A stretch of DNA of 62,881 nucleotides, filler included. It is 11 parts of 11 records of this genome, joined end to end, with 100 filler letters (N's around TTAATTAATTAA, not from the genome) between each part and the next. Parts side by side here need not be neighbours in the genome. Positions count along the whole stretch, not along the records: positions 44,160 to 49,262 come from SRR15195285_4805; positions 49,363 to 53,905 come from SRR15195285_4806; positions 54,006 to 58,728 come from SRR15195285_4809; 8 more parts are not named here. The stretch is one strand, 5' to 3'. Both the position numbers and the translations under genes were made by a program. The notes under the pieces were generated by a model. It was given only the letters and a program-made list of their open reading frames with translations, had not been told where the DNA came from and ran no database searches. Shown here piece after piece: positions 44,160 to 57,700 of this stretch. Position 1 is the stretch's first letter, and every line of letters starts with the position of its first letter.

Positions 44160-47100
44160 TACAAGGTTGTGGTGCCTGGAGTGATTCGCAAAGGTTCTGC
44201 CATGAACTCTGACAAAGCCAAACCGGAAAAGACCACGGAAGGTGTAGAGATATTAGTGCTTGAGAAGGTAGAGCTCAAGGATGGTACCGTCAGGCTCCGC
44301 TTCGATGGCGGCTGGACGTCAGAGAGAGCCAAAAGTGGCAAAGTTCTGCTCGAGCGCATTGATCCCGACCACGAGGAAGAGGGTGTACAGCAGGAGGGAG
44401 AAGATCAGGTGGCTGCACTAGGAGCAGTCCTCGCCGATGCACCGGAAGAAGTCGTCGAGCCGAAGCCCAAGGTAACTGAAGCCAGCGATACAGCAGAGGA
44501 AGAAGAAGAAGTCGATTCCTCAACAGAACCCAAAGAATCGCTGACCGAAGAGTCGGTCGGCATGGAATATGACGAGAGTGAAACTGAGGAGGAAGAGGAG
44601 GAAGACATCGATCCAATTCTAGTAAAGATTGAAGATGCTCTGGACGAAAGTGTGAAGGACCTTGCAACTGTAGAAGCTGCGATCACTGACGCTGAAGACA
44701 CAGACTTCAAGAGCCACCCTGTGTTCAAAGCTCTTGTGCAGAAACGCGATGCCCTGCAGGAACAGAAAGACGAAGCGGAAGGAAAGGAATCGAAGCCGTC
44801 CGAAAATCAGTCCAAGCGTAGAATGTCTGTGGCACTCGATGGCGTTGCTGGATTGGACCTCGGCAACAAAACCTTCAAGTCCACAGGCGCCAAGGGTTTG
44901 AAGCTGAATGGGAAGAAATTTGGAGGCAAGGACCTTGATCTCAGCGTCGGCAGCATGGGTGTGACCTTTTTCGAAAGCAACAAGCCACTTGGCACGTTCG
45001 GCCACCACGAGTTTGCGTCCTGGGAGTTTCATCTGGCGGACAAAGCGAAAAGGGGGAAGGTTCTGCTAGCGCGGAACATAAAGGAAAAGGAGGACAAACG
45101 TAGCAGCAAGGATATTGAGGTATTGATGAGCAAGCAAGATGGTGAGGGAATCTGCACCTTCATGCAGCAACAGGCTAAGGCACTGGCCTTACAACGTAAA
45201 ATGGACAGGCAAGCAGCCAAAGAGTCGCCGAAGGCGACAATTGCGACCAAGCGGCGCGGCTCGCTGGACTCCGCGGCCGATCCCAGCACGCCCAAAATCA
45301 CGTTGGGCGAAGCAGCAGTCGGAGAGAGGACCTTTATGGTGACCGAGTGGGGCAAAAAGAAGGACCTGAGACAGCTCAAGGTTGGCAGCCAGGGCATCGT
45401 ACTCTATGATGCGACCGGCGACAAAATGCTTCACAACGTGCATTACCAGCGGATGGAGACTTGGTCATACTCAGGAGACACCGCCAAGTTTGAAGTCAAG
45501 CTCCGTCCTGAACCTGGTAGCAAGAAGGGCGACTCAATGAGCCTCGAGACGAAAGAAGGCGAACAAGTTCTGGAAGTGATGGCTCACTTCACGGCAACTA
45601 TCGCACAGGCGCAAAAAGACGCCAAGGAGCAGCAGGACGCCATGAACAAGGAGCTCGAAGGAGTGTACAAGGTTGTTTGGGAGAAAGGCGCGCTGGTCCG
45701 CACGGATGCGCCGATGGACTCACCTGAAGTTGCCGTGATTGTACAGAATCAGCACATCATGATTGACAAAGTGTTGAGCTTTGTTGACCCAGACGGCAAG
45801 TTCAAGACGCGAATGCATGTCAAACATGCATCTGTCATGGTGGAGTGGCCCCTGCCAAATGTGCCCAAGTCTTTGAAGGCCACCGAGGTGGACAAGAGGC
45901 GTAAGACTGTTAAGGGATGGATCACGCTAAAAAGCAATGACAGGAGGTATGTCGAAAAAGTTCCGGAGGAGGATGCTCCTGAAGCAGGTCTTGAGAGTCT
46001 GGTACGCCTTGTGGAAGAAAAGGAACCCGAACCCGAGCCTGAAGCTGCGACGACCGTTGCGTCTGATGGGATGGCTGCGATTGCCGACGAGACAGCGGCA
46101 CTTGCAGCTGAACTCGGCGATGATATCGCACAAGACCAGGTGTTCAAGGTCAAAATTGGAAAGGAAGAAGTTGACATGCGTGTGGGTGGAATGAACCTCA
46201 CCCTAATGGCAGGACCCAAGTTCATCGATTCCATTCAGTACCCCAAAATCCGTTCATGGGAGTTCAGTGCTGACTCGGTGACGATGGTAAAGAAGCCCGC
46301 GCCAGGCAAGAAGAAGGCAGAGACTGTCAAGGTCATCACGACAGAAGGAGCTCTGATTTGCGCACTGATGGAGAAGCACATCCAATCGATTGTCACAGAG
46401 AAGGAGGAACGGAAGAATGAGGCCAATGAGGCATTGGCTGCACTCGCAAAGGCAAACCAGCTCACCGGTGAGTACGTCTTTAATCGTGCCGGTACTGTGC
46501 GCGAGGGGAAGGAGATGGACTCAACACAAGTCGGTCAAATTCCCGAAGGTACCAAGGTGACAATCGCAGAAAGCGCTGTGCTGGAGGATGGCAAGATCAG
46601 GATGAAGATTGAAGGGATGGAGATTGAAGGGTCTGATATGACCGGGTGGGTCAGTTACGCAGATAAACAATCGGTTCCGTTGCTCGACAAGGCTACAGCG
46701 GAGCCTGAGCCCGATACTTCGCTCGATACTTCGCCCGAGGAGGCTGATGATCCGATGGCAGCTTTCCAGCGTGAGTTGGCCCAAATCACTGGCGAAGCCG
46801 AGACACAAGCAGATGTCGCAGCCCAGACAATATTCAAGGTGTCCAAGCATGAGAGCAGCCCGAAGTGGCCGAAACAATGGCCCAAGAAAAGCTTCGAGCT
46901 TAGCATCGGTAGTGTCGGCGTGACATTTTTCGACAACGGCAAGCCTTTTACAACCCTTGTGTATTCCACTCTCAAAAACTGGAGTCATTCGCCAACAGAG
47001 CTCACCATCGAAGTTAATCTCAAGAAGGTGTCAATGCCGGGTACACCCGCTACCATCAAAGTCAAAACAGATGAAGGGGATTCCAAGAAAATATCCGATC

Positions 47101-49262
47101 AGATGACTGCAACAGCCTCGCTCATTAAGGAAGAGAAGCAAAAGCAGCAGGCAGCAGAAGAAGAAGGCCCCGCGGGAGTCTGGAAAGCCGTAGCACCTGC
47201 TACATTGCGCACGGGGAGCCAACGAGATTCTGAACGCGTCGGTGCCATCACGACAGGCCAAGTGGTCCAGATCGCGAAAAGTGAAAAGAATGATGAGGGT
47301 CAGTGGCGCATTTGTATCGGCACCGTCTGGGCAAACGATCAGCTAAATGAGCGAATTGGATGGCTCAACGCGTCGCCATATACGCTTTCGGTACCCGATG
47401 TAGAGGAACCACCATCCGACTGGAGGGAGTTTTCAAATCTGGTGGATAGTGGAGGTCCATGGACAAGCCTGAAGACAACAACAGGAGATGCCCTGTTCAC
47501 GCGCTTATACGACGACTCAAATCTCCCCGAAGGTGCGCTGGACGTGGATGTGCGTAGCAAGGAAGAGTCCATACGAATCCATGAGCTGCCGGTCGAAGAG
47601 AAGCTGGCGGCTATGTCGCAGGAGACTGGAGACCAGAGGTTCCCAGTTACTCAAAAGCAATTCAAGAAACTGCCTACTCAGCTTGAAGTCAAGGTCGGGC
47701 AAATGAGCTTACAGCTCATGGACGGCGATTTAGGCAAGCAGACCTGGCTGTACGAAACTATCAAAGCATGGGAGCTGAGACAGAAGGACAAATCGTTGAT
47801 CTTCACGACCAAGGCCAACGAGAAAGTAACGCTAGCAATTCAGGGCTCTGACAAGTCTGCCCAGGAGCTTGTTCGGCTCATGACGCTACATTGCAAGGTA
47901 ATCGCGGCACAGAAAAAGTCTGATGACGTGCCACTACCACTCGAGCAGAGCGCGGCAGAGAGATTGCGGAACGAAGCACTTGCAAAGGCCAAAGAGGCGC
48001 ATTACGAGGAAACCAAAGGACGCGATGAACAGATTTCCGAGCTCAGGGAGCAGAATGCTAAGCTGGTTACGCAGCTTGAGGATGCGCTGAACTCGGATCA
48101 GATTGCTCACTTGAGGACTGAGCTCGGCCAAAGGCAGTACGAGCTTGAAAAGCTCAAGGAGAGTGCACACAGTGAGCTGCAAGAAATGCGCAGTTCTCAT
48201 GAGTTTGCACTGGCTCAGGCTGAGCAGGAACAGCACAGTGCCGGTGAATCCACAACCGCCGACAAATTGCAGTGGCAGGGCCGTGAGGATGAGCTTCGTG
48301 ACGAGCTACGTGAGAAAGAAAGGGAGCTGGAGGCCGCTCGTGCCACTGAGCCTTGCGCAGATGATGTTTGGAGGAGTGAGTTGGCAAATCAAGAGGCCAA
48401 GGCCAGATCCGAACTGGACGAGCTCCAGCAGCAGCTCGAGGTTGCGAAGGCTGCGGGTACCGGCACCAGCAGTGAAGTCGAGGTGCTGAGGAGCGAGTTG
48501 GCTGATCAGTCGGCTGCTGCGAGCAGCGACTTTGCCGAGAAGCTTGAGGCGGAAGCTGGGCTTGCCGAGGCCCGTTTGCAACAAATTGAAGAGTACGCTA
48601 AACGATGTGCAGATATGGAGGCAAAGTTTGATGCATCGGAAAAGGAGAAACGCGCTGTCCAGCGAAGGTACGAAGACAGTCTCGAGGGCGGCTCATCTGA
48701 AGCTGAACGGACTGCACGGCTAATTGCTGAAGCTGAAAAGGCCAGGCAGATCGCTGAAGAGCATGCGCAGGCGGAACACCAAAAGTCAATTAGAACCACA
48801 GCTGGGCTTGAGGAGGTGCAGGCGTTGCGAGAGGCAGAGCAAAACAAACGTCGCGAGGCAGAAGCGAAGCTGGCGGTCGCTAAGGCTGAAATCGACAAAA
48901 TCTCCAAGAAACGCGAGGACGACGGCGAATTTGCTTCTAGCGAGAAGGCCGGGCTGGAGGCTGCCAACGAACTAGCTGAGCGCCGAATTGAGGTTTTGCA
49001 GCAACAACACAAGGCTGAACTCGCGCAGCTCCAGCAGGAGTTCGAGCTGCAGCGTATGCAAAGTCGCGTCGAAAAAGGTGCCTCTGCGGGCACTGAAACG
49101 CTTATGCACCGTCTGCAGCAGGCTCAAGCTGCACAAATGAAGGCGCGAGCTGCCTCAAAGGCGGCTCAAGAACAACTAGAGCAACGCGCGCGAATGGAAA
49201 AGGCGGCCAGAGATGATGCTGTCCGGCGTGCAAAGCAGGAGGCGGCGAAACACAATGAACTG
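44160..49262 (+). CDS. Large multidomain protein (partial at both ends): interleaved SH3b-like and PH/FERM-C-like repeats, then coiled coil
   Basis: Open frame across the whole 5.1-kb contig. Four repeats of '(Y/W)K..g.vR.g..mdS..v..i..G..v.i.......G..R......GW.S' and five of 'F.V....l.VG.mg..l......l....Y..i..W.......', followed by about 430 aa of E/Q/A heptads. Confidence 0.7.
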
Positions 49263-49362
49263 NNNNNNNNNNNNNNNNNNNNNNNNNNNNNNNNNNNNNN
49301 NNNNNNTTAATTAATTAANNNNNNNNNNNNNNNNNNNNNNNNNNNNNNNNNNNNNNNNNNNN
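49263..49362. other. Artificial contig spacer
   Basis: 100 nt of N with TTAATTAATTAA. Confidence 0.98.
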
Positions 49363-51242
49363 AGATGAGCAAGACACAGCGCGAGTTCCTCCTGCGCCAG
49401 CAGATGAAGGCCATTGAGAAGGAGCTTGGCGAGCAGGGTGACGAGGACGGCGAGGATGAACTCGAACAGCTGCAGAAGAAACTCGAAGAAAAGATGGAGC
49501 ACATGCCCGAGGAGGCGAAGATCTCCGCGGACCGTGAAATGAAGCGCCTGAAGAAGATCCCGCCCAGCAGCATGGAGCACTCCATGCTCCTCAACTGGTT
49601 AGAATGGATGGTCGACCTGCCTTGGGGAGTCACCACCGACGACCGTCTTGACGTCGAGGCTTCGATGGCCCAGCTGGACGCTGACCACCACGGTCTTGAC
49701 AAGGTGAAGGACCGCATCGTGGAATACCTCGCCGTCCGCCAGCTGCGTGGCGACATGAAGGGTCCGATCATGTGCTTGGCCGGGCCGCCAGGCGTGGGCA
49801 AAACTTCTCTCGGCATCTCGATCGCCGACTCGATGAACCGGAAATTCAACCGCATTTCGCTCGGGGGCGTGCATGACGAAGCTGAGATCCGTGGGCATCG
49901 CCGCACGTACGTGGGCGCCATGCCAGGAGTTCTGCTGACTGGGTTCCGCAAAGCGGGGGCGATGAATCCGGTCATCATGCTCGACGAGATTGACAAAATG
50001 GGTCGCGATATGCGTGGTGACCCCGGCGCGGCGCTGCTTGAGGTCCTTGATCCGGCTCAGAACAGCACGTTCACGGACCACTACCTGGGCTTGCCGTTCG
50101 ATATTTCTAAAGCGCTTTGGATCGCTACAGCGAACGACTTGTCCATGATCGCAGGACCGCTGCAGGATCGCATGGAGGTGATCGAGCTCCCCGGGTATAC
50201 CATCAACGAGAAATGTCTGATCGCAGAGAAGCATCTGATCCCCAAGGAGCTGGCCGAGCATGGTCTCATCCCGATCACAGAAGAGATAGCCGCGGCACAG
50301 GCAAAGGAAGCTGCGCAAGAGGAGGCGGAAGTCGATGACGACGAAGCACCGGTCAATGAAGACGAGCAGGAGGAGCCAGAGGTGGCAGAGCCTCTCGTCC
50401 TGCCGGAGCGCATTGTGATCAGCGACGCCATTGTCGCGACGCTTTGCGTCTCCTACACCAAGGAAGCTGGTGTTCGTTCTCTGCAGCGGCAGGTTGCAGC
50501 TTTGTGCCGAGCTGTTGCCCTGGACGTTGCCAAGAAGACAGCAGATGGCACGATGACCACCGAGGAGATTGTCATCACGCACGACGACGTGGAGCGGATC
50601 CTGGGCCCGCCGAAATTCGACGATGAGCTCTCCGCTCGAACGGGATTCCCAGGAATCGCAACTGGCTTGGCGTGGACCCAGGTGGGCGGGGACGTGCTGT
50701 TCATCGAGGCTACCAAGTACGCCGGGCGAGGCAGCGTGCACGTAACAGGTAACCTAGGCGAAGTGATGCAGGAGTCTGCGCAGATTGCGGTGGCGTGGAT
50801 CCGCTCGCATGCAGTGCAGCTTGGCCTGACCGAGGACTTCACAGAGGATCCTCTGAAGGATACCGACATCCACATTCATTTCCCGGCCGGCGCAGTGCCG
50901 AAAGATGGCCCCTCTGCTGGTGTCACGATCACCACTTGTATTGTGAGCTTGCTGACTGACCGCGTAGTTCGGCCAGACACGGCCATGACGGGTGAGATCT
51001 CTCTCCGTGGTCAGGTGATGCCGGTCGGCGGCGTAAAGGAAAAGGTGCTCGCCGCGCACCGCCTCGGCCTGCGCCAGATCTGCGTGCCGTACAAAAACAG
51101 GAAGGATATCATCTACGATGTACCGGAGGAGATCCAGGACGAAATCACCTGGGTATATGCCGAAACGATCGAAGATATATTGCGGGCAGCGTTCGTCGAG
51201 CCTATAGAACTCATCGAAGACACACCACTTGCGAGCCTTTAA
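49363..51242 (+). CDS. Lon protease (AAA+ and S16 domains), likely peroxisomal LONP2-type, 5'-truncated
   Basis: 'QREFLLRQQMKAI', Walker A 'GPPGVGKT', 'GHRRTYVGAMPG', 'LDEIDK', catalytic 'PKDGPSAG' with 'GGVKEK', and C-terminal ASL-stop. Confidence 0.95.
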
Positions 51243-51849
51243 GCAGCGCTCCTGTCCGTACGGAGCCATATACGCGAGACCGTAGACTGCTGAGGGAGGT
51301 TAACCTGAATGTGCACTAAATGTTACTGTTACTCTGTTACAGGAGAATTCTCCTCCTAACCCTGGGTGACTGCGCACGGTCGCACGCTTGAGCACTTACT
51401 AGCAATTTAGTCTGTGCAGTATACGGGGCCAGCGCAGCGGCCAAGAGGGGGACAGCGTGGGTGCAGCTGAGTTGACTAGAATTGCCTTCGCATTCTGGCC
51501 ACGCGTACCACCGCCACCCGGCAGATTTTCACCAGCACCCGAACCATCCGTTACCCAATCTGAATACCAAAGATTCCGGTGGCTGCGCGGCGACAGGCGC
51601 TGCCACGAGCACCCCCACACACACTAGCACCCAAGGCAGAGAACTACCAACTACCGCGAGCCCAGCTGTCTGAACCCATCGGCACCTCCTCGTTGCGACT
51701 CTCCTCATCGCGGACACTCAAATTCAGCCCACCATCCGTATGCCATCCTCAGAACGGCATCTCCCCGACAGTGTGACACACACCCATGTGTGGATGTGTG
51801 CAGAGAGCACAGCGCTCTGCGAGCAGGCGCAGCACAGCCCATTGGCACC

Positions 51850-53184
<1,335 letters not shown>

Positions 53185-53201
53185 CCTAACCGCACCAGCC
53201 G

Positions 53202-53240
53202 ACCACGTCCCTTCCGCACCACGTCCCTTCCGCACCACGT
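53202..53240. repeat. 16-nt tandem repeat (ACCACGTCCCTTCCGC) x2.4 just upstream of the Gly-rich gene ATG
   Basis: accacgtcccttccgc accacgtcccttccgc accacgt. Confidence 0.7.
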
Positions 53241-53905
53241 AACCCTCACCCACCGCCTATCCAACCCAACTAACGGTCGTATCTGCCGGTAACGGTCGTG
53301 TATAACGGTCAGGGCCGCCGCTCTGCGCTCCCAACCCGCCCAAGTGCCCAAAAGAAGCGTTTGATCGCTCAATTTCACGGAGAATTCCCTACGGATTCCC
53401 CAGCGGAAAATATACCATATTGACTAATTCCACGAAAGAGCACGACAAACAGGACTCACATACTCACAATCCCTACAAAATTCCATTTCTAATGTGCGAA
53501 AACACTCAGGGAATCGGGGTAGTCGGAGCGGTCTGCTCGATTTCTTAGTGACTTCTTGTGAAGCATATATCCACAAAGCGAATCCAACCCATTATTGTAT
53601 CCAACATCGAGCCAGCGTTGCGTTACTGAAAAGGGGCTGGCGCGCCGTGCCTTAGCAGGTGAAAAATCGGGACTGAAAAGGATGACCCCGGAATCCCCAG
53701 CTGGCTCCAGAGAAATTCCGGCGATACGGTGAGCGACGGAGTGCGCCGAGATTGAATGGGGAATTAGACTGGGCGGATTTGTCTTCCTTCCTGGAGAATT
53801 CTGTGTTAATAGCCGGTGTTCCCTGTGCAGCCCAAGTCTTCGGTGATGTCGTACAAGCGCCGGAGTGTACAGTGAACACTCACCGCTGGGATACCGACCA
53901 TCCTG

Positions 53906-54005
53906 NNNNNNNNNNNNNNNNNNNNNNNNNNNNNNNNNNNNNNNNNNNNTTAATTAATTAANNNNNNNNNNNNNNNNNNNNNNNNNNNNNNNNNNNNNNN
54001 NNNNN
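53906..54005. other. Artificial contig spacer
   Basis: 100 nt of N with TTAATTAATTAA. Confidence 0.98.
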
Positions 54006-54158
54006 CCCCCCCCCTCCCCCCCCTCCCCCCGCCCCTGCCGCACACGCCGCGTGTGATGTGTGGCTTGCTGGGCATTCCGTGGCATGTGATGCCCAGCGCG
54101 CCGGCGGTCCTTCTTGGAACTCACTGATGCTGTGCGCTGCTGCTCGCGGTACGGCCAG

Positions 54159-54671
54159 GGACGCGGCCTGTGCTCGCCAAGGCGTTCGCCCCGGCGATTC
54201 TTGAAGGTGCGTCTCCCCGCGCCCCGCAGACCTCGCGCCCCCGCAGACAGAACCCCTCGGCTCGCAGATCCTGCGGGATGGCCGTGTGCTTGGATGAAAG
54301 CATGTGCGGGGCGTTGCCGGTCTGTGCTCGCAGCCGACCAGACCATGACGAACCTCCACATCTACCACCAGGTCAACAACTCTCTTCTCGTGCTTGCCCC
54401 TTGCGCGATGATCCTCTCCCCTTCACCGTGGGCCTTGCCAGTCGACCTCGCACTGGGCGTCGCTCTGCCGCTCCACGGGCACATCGGGATGAACTCGGTG
54501 CTGACTGACTACATGCCCAAATTTGGGCTTGGCGACGGGTTCGTGAAGCTCACCCGGGTCTTGATGCTGGGTGTGACGGTATCGATGACGGTGGGTATGT
54601 TTCGGCTAAATATGGAGGGCCCGGGAATCACAGGTGTGGTCAAGAAGCTCTGGAAGCCTGAAAAACAATGA
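54159..54671 (+). CDS. SDHD: Succinate dehydrogenase cytochrome b small subunit (CybS/SDH4), 5'-truncated
   Basis: 'VDLALGVALPLHGHIGMNSVLTDY' carries the haem His and the quinone-site DY; 3 TM helices; 'GPGITGVVKKLW'. Intron 54207-54333 gives 'ILE|ADQT'. 5' boundary approximate. Confidence 0.85.
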   Translation, partial: GRGLCSPRRSPRRFLKVRLPAPRRPRAPADRTPRLADPAGWPCAWMKACAGRCRSVLAADQTMTNLHIYHQVNNSLLVLAPCAMILSPSPWALPVDLALGVALPLHGHIGMNSVLTDYMPKFGLGDGFVKLTRVLMLGVTVSMTVGMFRLNMEGPGITGVVKKLWKPEKQ

Positions 54672-54797
54672 GCGCCGCTTGGAGACGAGAAGCAGACGAG
54701 ACGCAACGGGTGACACAGGACACAGTAACAGTTAAAAGAAGCCAAGGTAACCCATTCTATTGGTCAAGCTTGCTTTTGGCATTCCGACTCGCACGCC

Positions 54798-57700
54798 TCA
54801 AGGTTTGCCGTTGCCATCATGATGCAACGGCATGCCTCCGGCCCACCGCCCCGGGATGTGCCGCGTGTCTGGCCCCGGCTTTCGGTACGTTCCCCAGCCT
54901 TCGCCGTTGGTCCATTCGCCATCAAACTGCCACATGGTCAGTGGCGAGCGCCATTGCCCAGATCCATTCACGAGCTCGCCATTGCGCCACTCGCCTTGGC
55001 ACCTACGAGAGATGTCGAGAGTATCCTCGATCGATGGCAGCACCTTCGGCTTCTTGCCCTCGATCGCATCCAACGGGTCCACAGGTCCTGTGCTGACACG
55101 AGCATCGACCCAGGCTCCGACGCCTGTATGCGGCGGCCCATCACCCGCAGTCCACTTACCGTCAAATCGGCTGAGCTCTTCGCCCTTGTGCACAAACGTG
55201 ATGCTTCCGAAACCCTGGCCCTGTTTCCATCTACCCGACCAGACGTACCCCTTCTCGTTGCTGAAGTCGCCTTCGCCGTGAAATGGCACCCCGCCCTTCC
55301 ACTTGCCGTCGAAGACGTAGCCACGATTGTCCGCCCACGCGCCGTCTCCATCCTGAGGACGCCCCTCCGCCCACGATCCTGCATAGAGATGCCCATCGGG
55401 GCTCAGCCATCTTCCCTTACCCTGGTATGGCATGTTGTCGGCCCACTCGCCCTCGAAGCGCGGCTGAGCCCTCGGATCAATCATCGGCAATGGCTCAATA
55501 GATGAGCTTGAACGCCCCCCACTGCGCCCCCCATTGAGCAGCGCTCGTTCTTCTTCTTCCGCAAGGACCATCGCCCGGACATCAGCCATTTTTTTGCGCC
55601 CTTGCAGTTTCCGCAGCATATTTCTCTCCTTGATTTGCTGTGCATTGCTATCTTGGACGGTCTCAATTGCATGCAAAGCACCATGCTCACTCTCTGCATG
55701 CACCTGGCGATGCTCTTTGTTGTGTGGTCCCAGGCTCATCGCCATTCCTGGGTCAGACTCAAGCAAACGCGTACGCACTGCACGCAAATCAGCCAGCGAT
55801 GTCGACGTCTTTGCGGCTCGTTTCTTTTTCTTTGCGTCTCGCACTTGTGACTTTTCACTTGCCTTGCGGGCTGCGAGTAGCTCTAGCTGAATGGTCGCCT
55901 CCTCTTGCTCTTCGTCTTGTCGGTCTGACTCGTCCTGTCCATGCAAATCGCTTCTAGTGCTGGCCGCACTGCCCCGCCGGCTCGGTGGGCGGTACACAAG
56001 ACGGACCTTTGCTCGAGTCGGCAAGTCTTCAATCGACTTGAGGACGATGTATTCATCGAATTCTGGATCCATAACATACAAGCCCAAGTTTGCAGCGGCC
56101 TCCTCATTCGCTATACCCAGCTGCGCTTTGATCTCAGATAATACTGCAGTCAGGCTGTGCGCACGCAACCTGAGCTTGTGGGCTCCCCGGACTAGGCCCT
56201 CATCTTCGCACGTCACAACAAGAGTGAACTCAGCGGCACTACTATACAACGGAGCTCGCTGCACATCACGCGCCAGGGATTTTTTCTTGGCCAACATCGA
56301 CGGTGACACCCCACGCTGCTCCAGGATTGGTACCGGACGCTGGGGGCGACCCTCAACAACAAACAGATCTCTGGCAGCTGCAGGCAGGGTCGATACAGGC
56401 GGAGTTGCACTTCGCTTCGGCTTTCTGAGTCCTTCGACCGCGAATAGGTCAAGATCTCCGGTTTGCGGCTCGCTGGAGGGGGCAGAGCTACCGCGAGTAC
56501 GGCGGCCGTCGAGCAGAACATCAGCGGGTAGAATGCCAGAATCGGGCTCGGGCTCGTGCTCGGGTGGAGAACTCGAACGAGAGCCACGCCGCTTCAATTT
56601 CGCTTTGGTGCTCACAGGGGGCAGCTCCGATTCCTCTGGCGTTGCTTGACGTCGCAGATATCTGAGTTGCACTGAGCCAGCACGTTCGAAAGATGCTTCG
56701 CGCGCCGGCGGCGCGTCGACGCCCTGATCCTTCTGCTGTCCCATCCAAGATTTGGCCTCATTTTCCCACTTCATTTCATCGTATCGAGCCTGTGCCGCAG
56801 CAGAGCGAACCTGTCTGGTCTCCTTGCCATTTGCAGCTATGGGCTCGCCCCAACGACGCACTTGCCCTTCATGCCGCGGCCCAGGTGACGAGGCTTTCGG
56901 CGAAGAAGCCGTCGGGGACATCGAACTACTTGCCCTCACTTTCGGCGATGAGGGGCTCGCAGACGTTGGTGATGAAGCGTCCAGTTTGGAGTGTCGACTG
57001 TTTGTAACTATCCCCGACTCATCGAGGGTGAGGCTGAGCTGCGGCGCTTCCTCAGCCCGAATGGTCGATGGCTCTACTGCGACGTTATCTTCGTCGCTCG
57101 AAGCTACTGGCGACGACGCGCTGCTGCTTTTGCTGCCCGCACTTCGAGCGCTATCCTTCGGAGAGTCAAGTATCGCCGGCGTCTTGTTCTTCGGCGAGGT
57201 AGACTCAACTCGTTCGGCAGCCGACGGTTCCACCGACGGTGGACAGTACTCCATGTCTTCTGCCCACGGGTTTGCTGTTCGCCGGCTCCTCGTTGAAGCT
57301 GACCGTATCTTCTCCAGTTCACGGGCCTCGCTGTCGTCACTCTTTGCGTCAGCATCGGGATCAATTTCCAGGTCGTCGGAGCCCATTATTCGTGCCTTTG
57401 CGCGCTGAAAGTCCTTCTTGCTGAGCGCGCCACAATCTAGTGCAAGTTGCAGTGCGTCGAGTTTCCGCTTGGTTTCTACATCCGTCTCGCCGTCATCTTC
57501 GTCACTCGACGCCACTGTACCAGACGCGTCAGCGATCGCGAGAGGCTCTTCATCACGTTCCGTGCTCTGTTCAAGCAGTAGTGTGGCTGCTGTTGACTGA
57601 TCCTTGAACTTTTTGCTTTCACTTCTGGTAAACCCAGACGCCATGTCTGCTGCCTCCCGAGCTCGAATAGCTGCAGTCTGCCGACCTGCGAGGAAGCGAC

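Noticed and set aside
49599-50741. 380-aa antisense ORF, and similar ones at 17489-18610, 26474-27442 and 55891-56649
   Set aside because: These are shadow ORFs opposite well-supported genes in GC-rich, codon-biased DNA and carry no motifs.
49363-51242. Lon as evidence of a bacterial contig or horizontal transfer
   Set aside because: No operon context; the PTS1-like end and the eukaryote-style neighbouring gene fit a nuclear gene. Phylogeny would be needed to claim otherwise.
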